Shown piece after piece: positions 48,881-61,894 of a stretch of 64,000 nt of DNA; position 1 is the first letter of the stretch, and each line of letters begins with the position of its first letter. The position numbers were made by a program, and so were the translations under genes. The notes below the pieces were generated by a model. The model was not told the DNA's origin and ran no database searches. It saw only the letters and a list, made by a program, of their open reading frames with translations. Source of the stretch: Octopus bimaculoides. Taxonomy: Eukaryota. The stretch lies in contig NC_068998.1 of assembly GCF_001194135.2 (NCBI RefSeq), positions 39,760,898 through 39,824,897 of the forward strand. The letters are read 5' to 3'.

Positions 48881-51800
48881 AAATAAGGACTAAAATTTTT
48901 GTGTCAAGAAATACATTTGTGATAATAGAGATGTAATAAGTATTATAGTGTGAAGAAAATGGAGTTATATACACATACATATACACACACATGTAAGTTC
49001 TTCCTTCAGCAATATAGATCTTGCATATGTTATTGTGATAGACACAGTCTGTATAATGTTGATTGCACTTACATTTTGTATATATAAACTGGACACACCA
49101 CTGTATGTATGTATGTATAGACTGGTTATGTTGTGTCACTTTATATAAGAAGAGCACATCCTGTGTGTATAGACTGAACACATCATTGTATATATATATA
49201 CACACACAGACTGGTTATGTCACTCACTGTACATAGACTACACACATCACTGTATACATGTGTTTACTGAATGCATCACTCAGTGTATAGAGACTGGTCA
49301 TGTTATCGACTCTTGTGTACAATGTGGACATATGTCTATTGGACACCCTATCTGCCACTAACAAGAATGGACCTTGGCTGTTGTCTGATGCTTTGCACCT
49401 CCCTCAATCAGTGATAGTTATTGCTATATCCTCTTTATCCTTGATGTTTACTCTACCAACCGACTCTGATTGAGACTTGAACCAACAATCCCTGAATTCA
49501 AATCTACTCCATTGTTGCTGTCACACTAATGTTACTGAAATTTTATTTTATATTTATTTCTGATTCCTTCATTAATATCTTTTTTCATTCATTAACGAAC
49601 CTTTAATATCCTCTTCCATTTCCATCCTGTTCTGCCCCTTTTATTTTTCTCATATATTGAACCTGGATTTTGTGATTCCTGCCTTTGGTCTCTTTCTTCA
49701 AAAGAGTTCTTTTTTCTCCCACCAAAAGTACAACATTCTGACCCTCCCCAATATTCATTGCTGCTTCACCTAAAGTCTGGTCATTAGGAACAAACATCTG
49801 CTTTGGTTCCATTCCATTTAACATACATCAGTTCTAATCCTCTTCTTGTACTTTCTTGGTCTCCCTTCAAGGAATCTCTGATAGTAGCATGAAATTCCTT
49901 CATCTGGAATCACCATATGTAATGAATTTGTTCAAAGTCCATGGTTTATCTTGGCAATTAAGAAGCTTTCATAGAAGTACTTCTCTTTACTCTGTCTCGG
50001 CTTTATAAAGTTATTATATAATAATAATAATAATAATAATAACAACAATAACACTGCTACCCACATAAATTCTGTCAGGAATAAGAATGAATCTTAGTCA
50101 AATTACCAATAATAATAGCAATGATGATGATTTCATTTATTTGCCACCAGAGTGAAGGATGAGGAGGACAATACAAAACAGGCATAGTTTTGGGGTTTAA
50201 CATATAATGAGATGATAAAATAAATAATAAAAAAAAAGTGGGTCTTCCTGATACAGGATGATCTCTATGGATAATCAAGGAACTGCACTGTCTAAGATTA
50301 CACTGAACAGCAAGGGCAAGTGCAACAATGATGACATTTCAAATTTTGTTACAAGGCCAGCAGTTTTAGTGGGATGGGGTTCAGCTATCATATTGACCCC
50401 AGTGTTTCACTGGTACTTAATTTTATCAGCCCTGAAAAGATGAAAGACAAAGACAACCTTGGCGGAATTTGAAATCAGGATAGTGATGTTGAGGCACTGC
50501 CTTGAAGGGTTTAGTGAAACAAATTGATTCCAGTAGTCTGGTGCATATTTTATTGATCTCTTTTATCATATTGCTAAGTTAGACATAAACAAACAATTGG
50601 CACTGGTAATCAAATGATGGTAGGGTGAACTCAAAGACACACACACACACGACAAACTTCCACACAGTTTCTGTCTACTAAACTCACCCACAAGGTGTTG
50701 GTTGGTCTGGGGTTATAGAAGCCACATGTCAAAGGTGGTATGCAGTGGGATTGAACACAAAACCATGTGGTCGCAAAGTGATCTTCTTAATCACACAAGG
50801 AGACCTACACCTATATATATATATATATATATATATATAATGTTTTATTGCAATAGAATTTAGAAAAACAGAACAATCAATTAACAGTTTTTCTCAGTTA
50901 TTTTGCTTTATTTTTGAAAGACATTTTTGAAATGTGTTACATACCATAACTAGATAAAGTTCTGTTGAAATGAGGATTGAGCTAGTTCTGATCTTTGCAA
51001 CCTGTTTACATCATTTAGGGTGTTCATCTTTCTGATACCAAGATAATGACTTGCCTACAATCACCTAGAATCGTTCCCCAACTTTAGTTCTCAGATTCTC
51101 TGATAGCTTCATGTTTTTAAACTGTTCATATTTAAAGTAAAATCAGCAATTTTATATTAGAATCATTATGTTATGTTCTAAAACACCAGCTTAATCATGA
51201 ACAAAGTTATTTTTAATAAATTCTTCATTAATTTTGAACTTAATGAAAGCATGTGGGACCTGTATATTTTGTTAGAAATCTGATCATTGAAGAAATAATA
51301 TTTCTAGAAAAAGATGTGAATGAAATAGTTTCATCCCTTTCCCTTTATAAATATATCTAGGAACCCATAGTCATCTCATTTACAAAATCTAAAATCACTA
51401 GGTATAGGTTAGTTTCAAAGTTCATCAAAAGATTTTCTAGGAGCTTCACTATACGGCCGTTATTTATTTATGTTTTTGCTTTTTTTTTGTTTCTCTCTCT
51501 CTTTCTTTCCACCTTTTATTTTCATATTTTTTCTGGCCAAAAAAAAAAAAAAGTCTCTACATCTTTCTGTTGGATAAAGAAGAGACAAGTTCTTTTATCG
51601 TACGTATTCCACCAGCTTCTCGTAATATTTTCTAATGAAGCCTCAAACATTTAACAGGTTACTTTCACGGCTGGAAAAACATGGACCTTGTTCGAAGTAA
51701 GTTCTTTTCTTGAATTCTACCCCAACCCCATTCCCAACTTTCATCATCTCTAAAACTGAGCACAATTCAATTTCAAGACAGAAACATCTGCTTTGAGGAG

Positions 51801-54388
51801 CATTGGTGTGACCTGACACTCACACCCACCACTTTCTTTGGTTCTCTGTAGCTAAGCAAGCAGACTCTTTCTGATGTCTATCTTCTTCTCATCAAAAACA
51901 TTTGTCTATCTATTTTGTTCTTTAATTTATTTTCAACATTTCTAACCCACAAGCTGTTATAATTTTATCATCAACTTAGTGTAAACTGCTTCAATACACT
52001 TTTACTTTCTTATTCTTACTTCCCTCCATTCAACAATTTAATAAGAACGTAGAAAAATACAAGAATCTCATAAAACAACATAGGGGTTGGTTCAAATGGT
52101 TGTGTTGAATGAGATGGCTTACCTTTTTTTTTCAACTGATATCTCCCATTTCTGTATTCAAATGTTAGTGCTGGCTTCGACTTTCATCATTTCAGATGTT
52201 GACAAAATTAAGTACCAGTAATATACTAACAAAATGTTCAATAAAATATCTGTGATATACAATAAAATATTTAATCCATAATCATTAATCCAACAAAATA
52301 TATTTTGTTGCGTCTTTCCTAAGAGCCATAGGCTAAACAAATTATATTTTGTCAGACTAACAATTATGGATTAAATATTTTTGAATATCTTTGAATATTT
52401 TATTCTAAGTGGCCAGGGATAGCTTCTTATGAACTTGTTACTCCACCTTACTTGGAATGTTGTCTGATATACTGAATAAAATGGAGTCGATTAACCATGC
52501 TACTTTCAGGAGGAAGCAGCTTATGTAGTTAGTTGATTTCTCGTGTATATTACTGGGTATTCTGTCCACTTTGGAGAAATGAATGAAAGATAAAGTTGAA
52601 ATGTTGAGAGGGATGGCTCAAATACCATAAGGCATTAATGCTGGTTTGCTACTCCCTTAGAATCACTAAATATTTCCTAATGACCCTTCATAAATGTCTT
52701 TGGGACTTTCTCCTCTAACTAAACCTCCACTTAGTGACCATGTCATTGCTGATTGTTTGCATGTGCACATTCTCCTGTAGATGCTGCTTAATGTCTGCCT
52801 TAGTGCACCTATCCTAACTCTGTGGGGATAATTCATCCTTTAATTATTTTTGGTGGTGGGGCAATGGATGATGGGGAAAGTGGGTAGGGAGTATGGTTAG
52901 TCTTTAGACAAAAATTACTGTCAAATATATTTGTTGTTCAGCGTAGCCTACATTGTAGGGGAGCTACACATAAAAAGTTTCCTGCACACCCTTCACAAGG
53001 GATTATCATTGCTTAACAACTTATTCTGAAACTTTGGACAAAACTTTGATCTAGCTTTCATAATTTTGAATCATTTTTTTTTTCTTTAATATGAAAATTC
53101 CTTTGCAGAAATTCTGTATAATGTTCCTTTCCATCTTTTTTTTTTATTGTAACTCAGTTCTGGTCATGTTTCAGCTCTACTGTGTATAATTCAGCATTGA
53201 TTTACAACAAAATTACCTTTCAGATTTAATTTACTGAGATTTTTGAATTGGTTAAAAAAAAACAACTTTTTCAGCTCCAAATCATCTCTGCTGATGCAAA
53301 CTTATCAAAAACCTTGATCATCCTGTCATTTTTGTAGTACCTAAGACTACATGATCCAATGTGTCTTACCTGTTAAGCCCATATGAGAGATTCTCTCATG
53401 GCAACTATTGCAGCATTCTAACACAACATCCACTTGTAAGTGGGGATAAATGTTACCTTTTGGTATTAATACTGCTTCTGTTGCTAATAATTTGACACAC
53501 ACACATGCAAACATTGGTAGAATGTAATACCGAGTGAGATTTTAGCTTAATTTTGATTTTGAAGCTTGTATTGGTCAGTCCCTTATTGCTATCAGCTGAC
53601 CAATTTGGAGAACAACAGTTATTAATACTTACATAAGAATCTTTCTATGGCTGGATGCATTTCCTAATGCCAACCACTTTACAGTGCCTTGTTGTTGGCA
53701 TTAACTTGTATCTGTAGCAAGTAACTGAGCCTGTTTATCCTGTTGGGTGTGAAGGGTGCCAGTGCCTGAAGTTGCTATTCAGGCTAATGGAGAACTGCTT
53801 TTTCCATGCCACTGGCATTAGTAGGATCACCAAGTAATTTGCTAGAAAAGAAAGTACTATAGAAGGGAAAAAACTGAAGGCTCCCTTAACCAGGTGAGAG
53901 GGAAAGATATCAATATTTGTAAAAACTGTTTTAAAGAGCCATTTGAATGCAAACTGGAAATAAGAGGAGATGAAAACAGAAGAAAGAAGGATGAAACAAC
54001 AGTAAATATTTCTGTATTTCAGAGTTAAAACACCTTTATTTTAATTATCCTCTTTTTTCTCTTCATGAAGGAGTTTTAATTTGGAATATTGAAATGTCTC
54101 CTATATTTCCAACTTGCATTGTACAGACTTTTTAAAACAATCTTAACAAATCTGCTTTATTTAAATTCCACTCCTACAGAAAATGCCGACGTGCATCATC
54201 ATATTATACCAAATGATAAATACATATCAAGTGAATATATAATTTGATAATGATATGTGATAATACTAATTATCACACATGTAATTATTGTTAATGATCA
54301 GACAGCTGTTTTATTGTAATTTCCTGTAAGACTAACATTTCTTCTTTCTTTTTGTCTTGTTTTTTTTTTTTGTCTGTCCCCGTTAAAG

Positions 54389-54592
54389 GATGAGCAGACA
54401 TTACCTCCACCAACCAGCAGTGTAACACCAGAGCTTGTTGCACCACCACCTCCACCACCACCGCCACTATCCTCACAGCTTGGTAGACAGCGCTCCATTC
54501 TCAACAGAGTCAGCGACGAGCAGAAGAAGTGGAAAGGCACTGTACAGGAGCAGAGACGTAATATCTATGACCGTCATTCCATGTTGAATTGA
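54389..54592 (+). CDS. TMEM9: TMEM9 exon 5, cytosolic tail to the stop (DEQTLPPP...SILNRVSDEQKKWKGTVQEQRRNIYDRHSMLN*); total 199 aa
   Basis: Long pyrimidine tract with aag acceptor. Conserved WK..VQEQR....DRH.ML C-terminus. Confidence 0.95.
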   Translation, partial: DEQTLPPPTSSVTPELVAPPPPPPPPLSSQLGRQRSILNRVSDEQKKWKGTVQEQRRNIYDRHSMLN

Positions 54593-55772
54593 AACTACTA
54601 CCCTGTCTCTCTCTCTTTCTCCTCCCTATAAACATCTCACTCTGCTGTCCATTGGTCAGCTGTATGGTGGAGGAGATAGAGGCTACTTGGGGTTTGTGGT
54701 TGTGTGCATGTGTTAGATTGACCTGTTGGCCGTGTTAATGAGGTGTGTGTATTTAGTGAAGAGCTTGTTGTGCTGTCCCTTTCATCTCTCTCCCTCTATC
54801 TTTCTCACTGCTGACACTCAGCTGTCTACTCTTCTCTTTTGTTTTCATGAATCAGTGTTACCTGTCTAGTTGCATCTAACCAACTCCTTCCCCCATCCTC
54901 TGTCACCTCATCAATCTCATATAATACTACGATGGTAAATATCACATTTATTATATACACACATATCTATAACTTATGCAGTCGGAAGGGCGGGTAAATA
55001 ACAAGCATTACTGTATATACAAAGATATATAATTTTATGTCCATTTTTATGCAAATGAAGTATGTTATGTTTCATTATTTAACTTATTAATTAATATATT
55101 TTATGTTACACCAAAATGACAGCTTTAATCTAACAATTTACCAAAACTGAGATCTTTGTACCTCTCTCTACAATTATATATCTGAAATGTTTCAGTATAT
55201 TTTTTAGGTATTGATGTATAATATTAAGATATAGGCGATGAATAATAACAATATTTACTAACTTTTCCCCTTCTTTCATTGCGACAAATCCCCGACATTA
55301 ATATTATTGTATAAAAGTCTTGTAATCCCGTGTTTGGATTGAATAACAGATGAATGTAAAACTGAGAAGGTGGATGCATGTGCGAACTTATACCTGTCAC
55401 TGAATTATCAATTTGTAAATAATAGAAATAACTAAGGAGAGTGAATGAGAAGTGGAGGCTTTAAATATTTCCTCATAACTGAGGATTGGATTTATTATTT
55501 TAGTTTTAACTGTTTGTACAGAAGCTTCCATTAGTTAAGAACAGTGTGTAGCTGGGTGCCTGGTTCTCTTCCTTGTTTTATAACATAATTATATGTGTGT
55601 ATGCGTCCAAAGTTTTGCCAGTGTTTGTGAAACATGAAACAGTTATTGTCAAAGAAAAATTCCAAATGTTATAATTAATTATTATGAAACAAATTCCTCA
55701 AAGGAACAATATTTTATCTGAAGATGAGATTGTGTTAATATGTTAAAATTATTATTATATATATATATATTG

Positions 55773-55778
55773 AATAAA
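55773..55778 (+). terminator. Candidate TMEM9 polyadenylation signal
   Basis: AATAAA followed by a U/GU-rich tract about 1.2 kb after the stop. Confidence 0.5.
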
Positions 55779-56170
55779 AACTGAAATTCCATTATTTTGT
55801 TGTTTTTGACTCTTTTACTGGAAAACAGCTCACCTTATGCCTGGCTCAATGCAAGGGAAATAACCTAAGCTTTAAAAGAAAAAAAATTCAAGTATTTTAC
55901 GTGCCAATTAACAATTCCATGAATGGCAAATATTGAAGAAAGAGTGGAGAAGACAAAAAAAAAAAAAAAAAACGCAAAACAATGTTTGGAAAATGCATTT
56001 TCTTGAAAATTTTTATTGTTTAAATTTCTAGCTTGAATTTCAGAAATTTTAACAATTTGAACTTTTAATCAACAGGTATATAGAGGGGCGAGAGTGTTAA
56101 AGATTTTTTTCTAATGAAAGAAGAATAAGAAATTTAGTTTCGTTATGTTTGGTTGTAGGGTGGAATTCAT

Positions 56171-56280
56171 ATTTTGATAAGGAGTGGATGGGATTGTGTT
56201 CATTAAAAAAAAAAAAAAAAACCCCTTAAAAACTGTCAGAGCAGTTCGATGAATGGTAGGTAAAATCTCATTAAGACTAT
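56171..56280. repeat. About 100-bp dispersed direct repeat, copy 1 (copy 2 at 57477-57573)
   Basis: ATAAGGAGTGGAT.GGATTGT.TTCATTAAAA..CCCTTAAAA.CTGTCAGAGCAGTTC.ATG.ATGGTAGGTAAAATCTCATTAA occurs in both places. Confidence 0.9.
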
Positions 56281-56539
56281 CCATGGGCAATATTAGTAGC
56301 AAGCTGACTTTCGAAGGATTGTATGGGTCACCAGCGAATTATTTTAGGGATTGTGTAGTATATAGGGATCATACTGGCCAAATGTATAAACATAGAGGGA
56401 CCACTTGGGTTAATGGAGAGGTGTTTTAGAGGCCTGATATATATATATAGTAATCATGCAGAGATTTGCTGTGATAAACATTAGAGGAATCACATGGGTT
56501 AACAGAACGTCTTTTAGTGGCTTGATATATTTATATATA

Positions 56540-56743
56540 CAGGGTATCCACAAAGTCTGGGTACATGGAGTAAATAAAATCATAACATAAACAATTAAAT
56601 ATAAGAAATAACAATTTGTTAAAGTATGTGTTATTCCCCATGTGGGTACATGGAGTAAATAAAATCATAACAAACAAATATAAGAAATAATAATTTCTTA
56701 AAGTATGTTAATCCCCATGTACCCAGACTTTGTGGACACCCTG
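56540..56743. mobile_element. Tc1-type MITE with an internal tandem duplication
   Basis: TA|CAGGGTATCCACAAAGTCTGGGTACATGG ... CCATGTACCCAGACTTTGTGGACACCCTG|TA. An internal unit of about 85 bp is present twice. Confidence 0.9.
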
Positions 56744-57296
56744 TATGTATGTGTATACATATATACAGGAATCATTACTGGACGACAGTATAAGCAGCAG
56801 GAATGATGTGGAGTAAACTAGTCAAAAGCGCAGTATTAAGTCAGCTTCGCATAATCTTACTGGTAGGTCAATAAGACAACCTTGATTTTTAGGGTTAACA
56901 AGAATGTGTTATGTAAACCCCATCCCATTATTGAAGTATCACAAGGGTCAACAATGGGTGTATTGTGTCAAACCCAACAACACTGAAGATATCACAATGT
57001 CTCCTACCCATTTTTTAAAAATCTCCTTTTCTGACCCATCCACTTCTTTGGCCTCTCCAAAACAGAACGTTGTTTACATGTGAATACAGCATGAGTAGAT
57101 AATCAGTCCAGTCACTAGGCAGACAATACATTGTTGTTTAACATTTACCTCTAACAGCAGAATTAGACATTTTGTTGAACTGTATGACTCTATGCGTTAG
57201 TTGTTGTTGTTGTTGTTGACGTTGCGGTTGTTGCTGACCTTGATCCTCAACCTTTTGGTCTATTCTTGTTTATTTTTTGGGATACAGCTGTTGTTT

Positions 57297-57332
57297 TTAG
57301 CCTGACCCTGAATTACATATAAAACAAGAGAT
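57297..57332 (-). CDS. VPS41: VPS41 last exon (ISCFICNSGSG*)
   Basis: Acceptor ttttctttccag in phase 0. Supplies the final CxxC of the RING-H2. Confidence 0.88.
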   Translation of the reverse strand: MSCFICNSGSG

Positions 57333-59216
57333 CTGGAAAGAAAAAAAAAAAGACAAACATTCAGGGTTGATTTTTGTAAGGACCAAAAGCAGTTCTTTGA
57401 CACACAGTATGTGTGCGAATGTGTAGTCAGAATGAATTTTTTAAAGGGTCAAAGCAAGTTTTTTTTACACACACACATTTTAATAAGGAGTGGATAGGAT
57501 TGTATTCATTAAAAAAAACCCTTAAAAGCTGTCAGAGCAGTTCAATGGATGGTAGGTAAAATCTCATTAAACTAGTAGATGTGTGCAGGTATAACATTTA
57601 TATTTAAATCTTAATATCATCATTTCATCATGGCATGGGTTGGAGAGTACAACAGGATCTGATGAGGCTATAGCTGGATGCCCTTCATAATGCCAAGAAC
57701 TTTACAGAGATTACTGTGCTTTTTTTTTGTGGCACCATCTCTAGTGAGATCACCTCAAAACCTGTAAAACTAAGGCCCTAAAATAACCCCTGTAACTGAA
57801 GGAAAATAAAAAAGAAGGGTAAAGATGAAAGGAAGAGATTTGTAGTAGTGAGAGAGTAGTAGGGGAGAGAATAAAGTAGACGCTATTGGGGGAGGGAGAA
57901 TCGCAGGGGTTTGAGAAAGGGGGAGGGATTAGTGTCAAGGGTAAGTGATAAATGGAGGGACAGAGTGGTAAGGTGGTGGGTTGTGTAGTGTGAGTACGAG
58001 GGTTTCCAGAGCTATCCTAGATTATAAGAGATGTTATGGATAGATGTGAGGTAAAGAGAGACAAGAAAGGAAAAGATTAGGATAGTGAAGAATCTAGAGA
58101 AACGTGGGATCAGGGGTGTAGGCCAGAAGGGAGCAGAGAAGCTGTGAGAAGAGGACAGCAAGAGAAAATGAGGCAGAGGATGGATTGGGGCAGTAGGTAA
58201 GAGCAGTTAGAGACACTGGAGGGTACCATGAAGAATAATAGGGGAAGTGCAGAGCATGATTGTAGAGAAAACAGCTTGGTGGGGGAAGGTGGTTAGAGAA
58301 AGGGATAGGAGGAGCAATGGGCGAATACAAAGCAAGAGCAATGAGAGAAAAAAATGTAAGCGGTTGAAGGGTGGGTAGTGAAATAAAAGCAGTAGTTATA
58401 GTTGTCGGGTGGCAATGAAAGTGGATAAAGATGTGAGAGCAAAGTGAAGTGGACGATGAAGATGCAGTCTGCCTAGGTGATTGAGAAATGAGATGGGATA
58501 GGTATGGATGAAGAAGAAACAGGAGTCATAGAAGGGAAGGGATACAAAGTAAGAGGAGAGGTGGTACAATAGGTTTGGAATATATATGTATATGTGTGTG
58601 TGTGTGTGTGTGTATACATGTATATATATATGGTGGATCTTCAAATATCTTTTGAGGCCTCCTAGATTTGCAGACCTTATGGCATACATGGCATTGAAAG
58701 GTGTGCACAGATATATAGGCAGAGTAGTTGGTGGAAGTTCGTTTTTCATGTAAAAAAACACCCAACCTCTCTATAAAGTGGATGACATTAGGAAATGCAC
58801 CCAGTCATAAAAATCATGATGCTGGTGCCATGTGAAAATTCCCCAGTCCAATCTGTAAAGTTGTTGGCATTAGGAGGGGGCAGCCAACTGTGAAAACCAT
58901 GCCAAAACAGACAGTGGAGATTGGTGCAGTCCTCTAGCTTGCCAGCTCCTGTCAAGCCATCCAACCCATGCCGGCATTGAAAACGGATGTTAAGTGATGA
59001 TGTCAGGCTGTTATTTGCTAATTGTGGCTGGCTGTGTTTTTGTAGCATTACACATTGTTAGTCAGTATGGTCCTTAGTCAGCTCTTCCCTTAATCATTAA
59101 TATATATCAAGTAGTCTTTGACATTTACAAACGTTAGCCCTGTGTGAGTGTGTGTGTCTGAAAGAGAAAGAGAAAGAGAGACACACATACATACAGAGAA
59201 TGAGAAAAAGAAGGTA

Positions 59217-59257
<41 letters not shown>

Positions 59258-59312
59258 CATACATACACAGACAGATAGATAGTAAAGTGGGTGAGAAAAA
59301 GAGGGTACTTAC

Positions 59313-59392
59313 CGATCCATTTCCCTCCATACAGTCACGGTGGAAAGAGTGGCGGCAGAAGAAAATGTACAAGTCTTGAGCACATCTTTGAT
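59313..59392 (-). CDS. VPS41: VPS41 exon (QRCAQDLYIFFCRHSFHRDCMEGNGS)
   Basis: Acceptor gttttag, donor TCG|GTAAGT. The F.CRH.FH..C motif is characteristic of the VPS41 RING-H2. Confidence 0.92.
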
Positions 59393-61258
59393 CTAAAACA
59401 TGTCAACAACAGTAGACATTAGACAGTAAAATAGAAAGATTGGTCTCCTCCACTCGCCTGCCATTACCAATCCAATTCCTTACATTTCCACCCTGTTACA
59501 ATCAACACTCGGGTGTAGACTTAGGCCAAAACAATAGACACAAGCATACCCCACTTCCTTTCCCATCATACCCTCTTGCACTTCTGCTTACAGACAGATC
59601 TTAGGCGAGACTAATCATACATAGTCAACTTTCCTCAAGCCTACAAAGTTATGACGATACAGGAGCATATTGAGACTGAAAGTACACAATCTCTGCCCTG
59701 AATAGAACACTAAACTGTTTTGGGGTTAACCTGTTGTTGTTGGCAGTCATTTTCAGTTGAAGGGACTGGCACAATGTGAAACAAAGTGCCTTAGTCAAGA
59801 ATACAATGCACCACCTGTCCCTGACCAAATGATTGTGGACACCAATATCTAGGCTATGGGCCTTCACTCTATTTTGTTTACCTGTTATTATTCTGGTTAT
59901 GACCCTTTATGCCTAGGTTGACTTTGTCTGATAATTGTTTTGTCAATATCAGAAGCAAAAAAGGCAGAGTATTGTGATTGGGTGAGGATGGTGAAGACAC
60001 TTGCTCAAGACAGCACATAATGGGATTGAACCCATGACCACATGTTTGTGAAGCAAATTTGTTAACTACTTGGACATGCCTTCATTCATAAAAAGTAACT
60101 ATTATCCACAGTAATTCCTCTCCTCCCACTACCAGTACCACTACCACCCTTCTAATAATCAGGATGTTCATGATCAAACAGAACTATGCTTAAAATCATT
60201 CTAGCCACGACAATCCCATCTCACTCAGGTAAAGTATTCATCCTGGACTACATTATCCAACATTGTCTTTTACATTTAAGTCATAAAACGTGTGGTTTGA
60301 GGGAAATTTTTGCTTCTATTTCTAGGAGGACAAACAGCCACATAGAAACTTCTTGTTGACTTGTGTAACCAGTGCGGTAGTCTTAAGCAAGACACATCAC
60401 TCTACTTGTTGCAATGATTACTGCTTTCCTGGTACAGGCGTGTGAGGGACATGGTTGATTGCAACAACATCTGTTGCTCACCTAAGACAATCCTTGTAAA
60501 TACTCAACACTTTAGATGTTCATAATCTTAACAGACAGAAGTATAGAGGATTTAGTTGACTCCAGAAAAATAAAAGGTAAAGTCAAACTCAAGAAGTGTA
60601 TGAACTCAAATGTAAAGGAACATAGCAGTAGCAGTAGTAGTAGTAGTTTCTAGTCTTCACTGCACAAGACCACACATTAATTGGGGAGAAGCAGAGGCAA
60701 TTCAATTGCCTCTATTTGGAAGTCATGATAGTGAAAACCTAACTGATTTTGGTAGGCTTTGAACTCAGATGATAAAGGGACCTAAGTGAATACAGCAAGG
60801 TATTTCATTAGGTGCTCCACTGAATTTATCATCTATCTCAATAAATAAACTGATTACAAGCTTCCAGATGAGTGAATGATGATGCTGCTGCTAATGCAGT
60901 CACTCAGCCTGCTAGAATCCCCCTTAAATCACACCTTATGTCTTAAATAAAATAAATAAATAAATTGGATCATGTGATCTTGGATGAACTGTGTGAAGGG
61001 AAAAAAAAATGAAAACCTGACGATCATGGTTGGATTGTCTTTGATAGTAAGTCTGTCTGTGGATCAGGGCTGACCTGGAGAACTATAATAGCATTAATAT
61101 CAAACAGTCCCGACAGTTAAGTAAGCAACTTTGTTCCTTGGGAGGTGGCTTTGAGCAGAGAACAACCTCACAAGAGTCTATGATAGAACTCCTCCACCAA
61201 TACCACCACCACTTCAAAGGTCAGTAGGTTACATGATGAAGTAGTTTATTTCACTTAC

Positions 61259-61303
61259 CATTTTCAATTACAGGTTTCTCACAGATACCACATTTTTGCC
61301 CGT
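61259..61303 (-). CDS. VPS41: VPS41 exon (Y-GQKCGICEKPVIEN-D)
   Basis: Acceptor ctgtttcag, donor G|GTAAGT. 45 nt, phase 1-1, first CxxC of the RING. Confidence 0.9.
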
Positions 61304-61550
61304 CTGAAACAGAACCTATATCATATATGAAGTGTTAATAAAACTGTAAATTAAATGAGTTTAGACATTATATGATTTAATTTCATTTAAAAAAGAAACA
61401 ACAGACACAGTAACAAGATATGAATCCACATAACTATCACTTGGGTCACATATCTATCAATTGACCTGCATATCTATCCACTGACCCACATATCTGTCAT
61501 TTGAACCATGTAGCTTTCATTTGAAAGATGACTACAATATTAATTTATGG

Positions 61551-61879
61551 CTTCCATGCTTGTGGCACGTAAATAGCACCATTTGAGGGTGATTGTTGCC
61601 AGTGCCGCTGGACTGGCTCCTGTGCAGGTGGCACGTAAAAGACACCATTTTGAGCATGGCCGGTGCCAGTACCGCCTGACTGGCCCTCGTGCCAGTGGCA
61701 CATAAAAGCACCCACTACACTCTATGTGTGGTTGGCGTTAGGAAGGGCATCCAGCTGTAGAAACAGCCAGATGAGATTGGAGCCTGGTGCAGCCATCCAG
61801 TTCACCAGTCCTCAGTCAAATCGTCCAACTCATGCTAGCATGGAAAGCGGACGTTAAACAATGATGATGATGATGATGA
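61551..61879 (+). mobile_element. SINE family C, well-preserved copy with (TGA)n tail
   Basis: GGTTGGCGTTAGGAAGGGCATCCAGCTGTAGAAAC core and CATGGAAAGCGGACGTTAAA tail. Confidence 0.85.
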
Positions 61880-61894
61880 CTGCAGAGCATCTAT

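Noticed and set aside
53338-53435. Exon-like segment with good splice sites
   Set aside because: 98 nt with stops in all three frames; at most a poison exon, with no support.
57750-58765. Minus-strand P/S/L/F-rich ORFs
   Set aside because: Purine/pyrimidine-skewed low-complexity intron sequence with no domain recognised.
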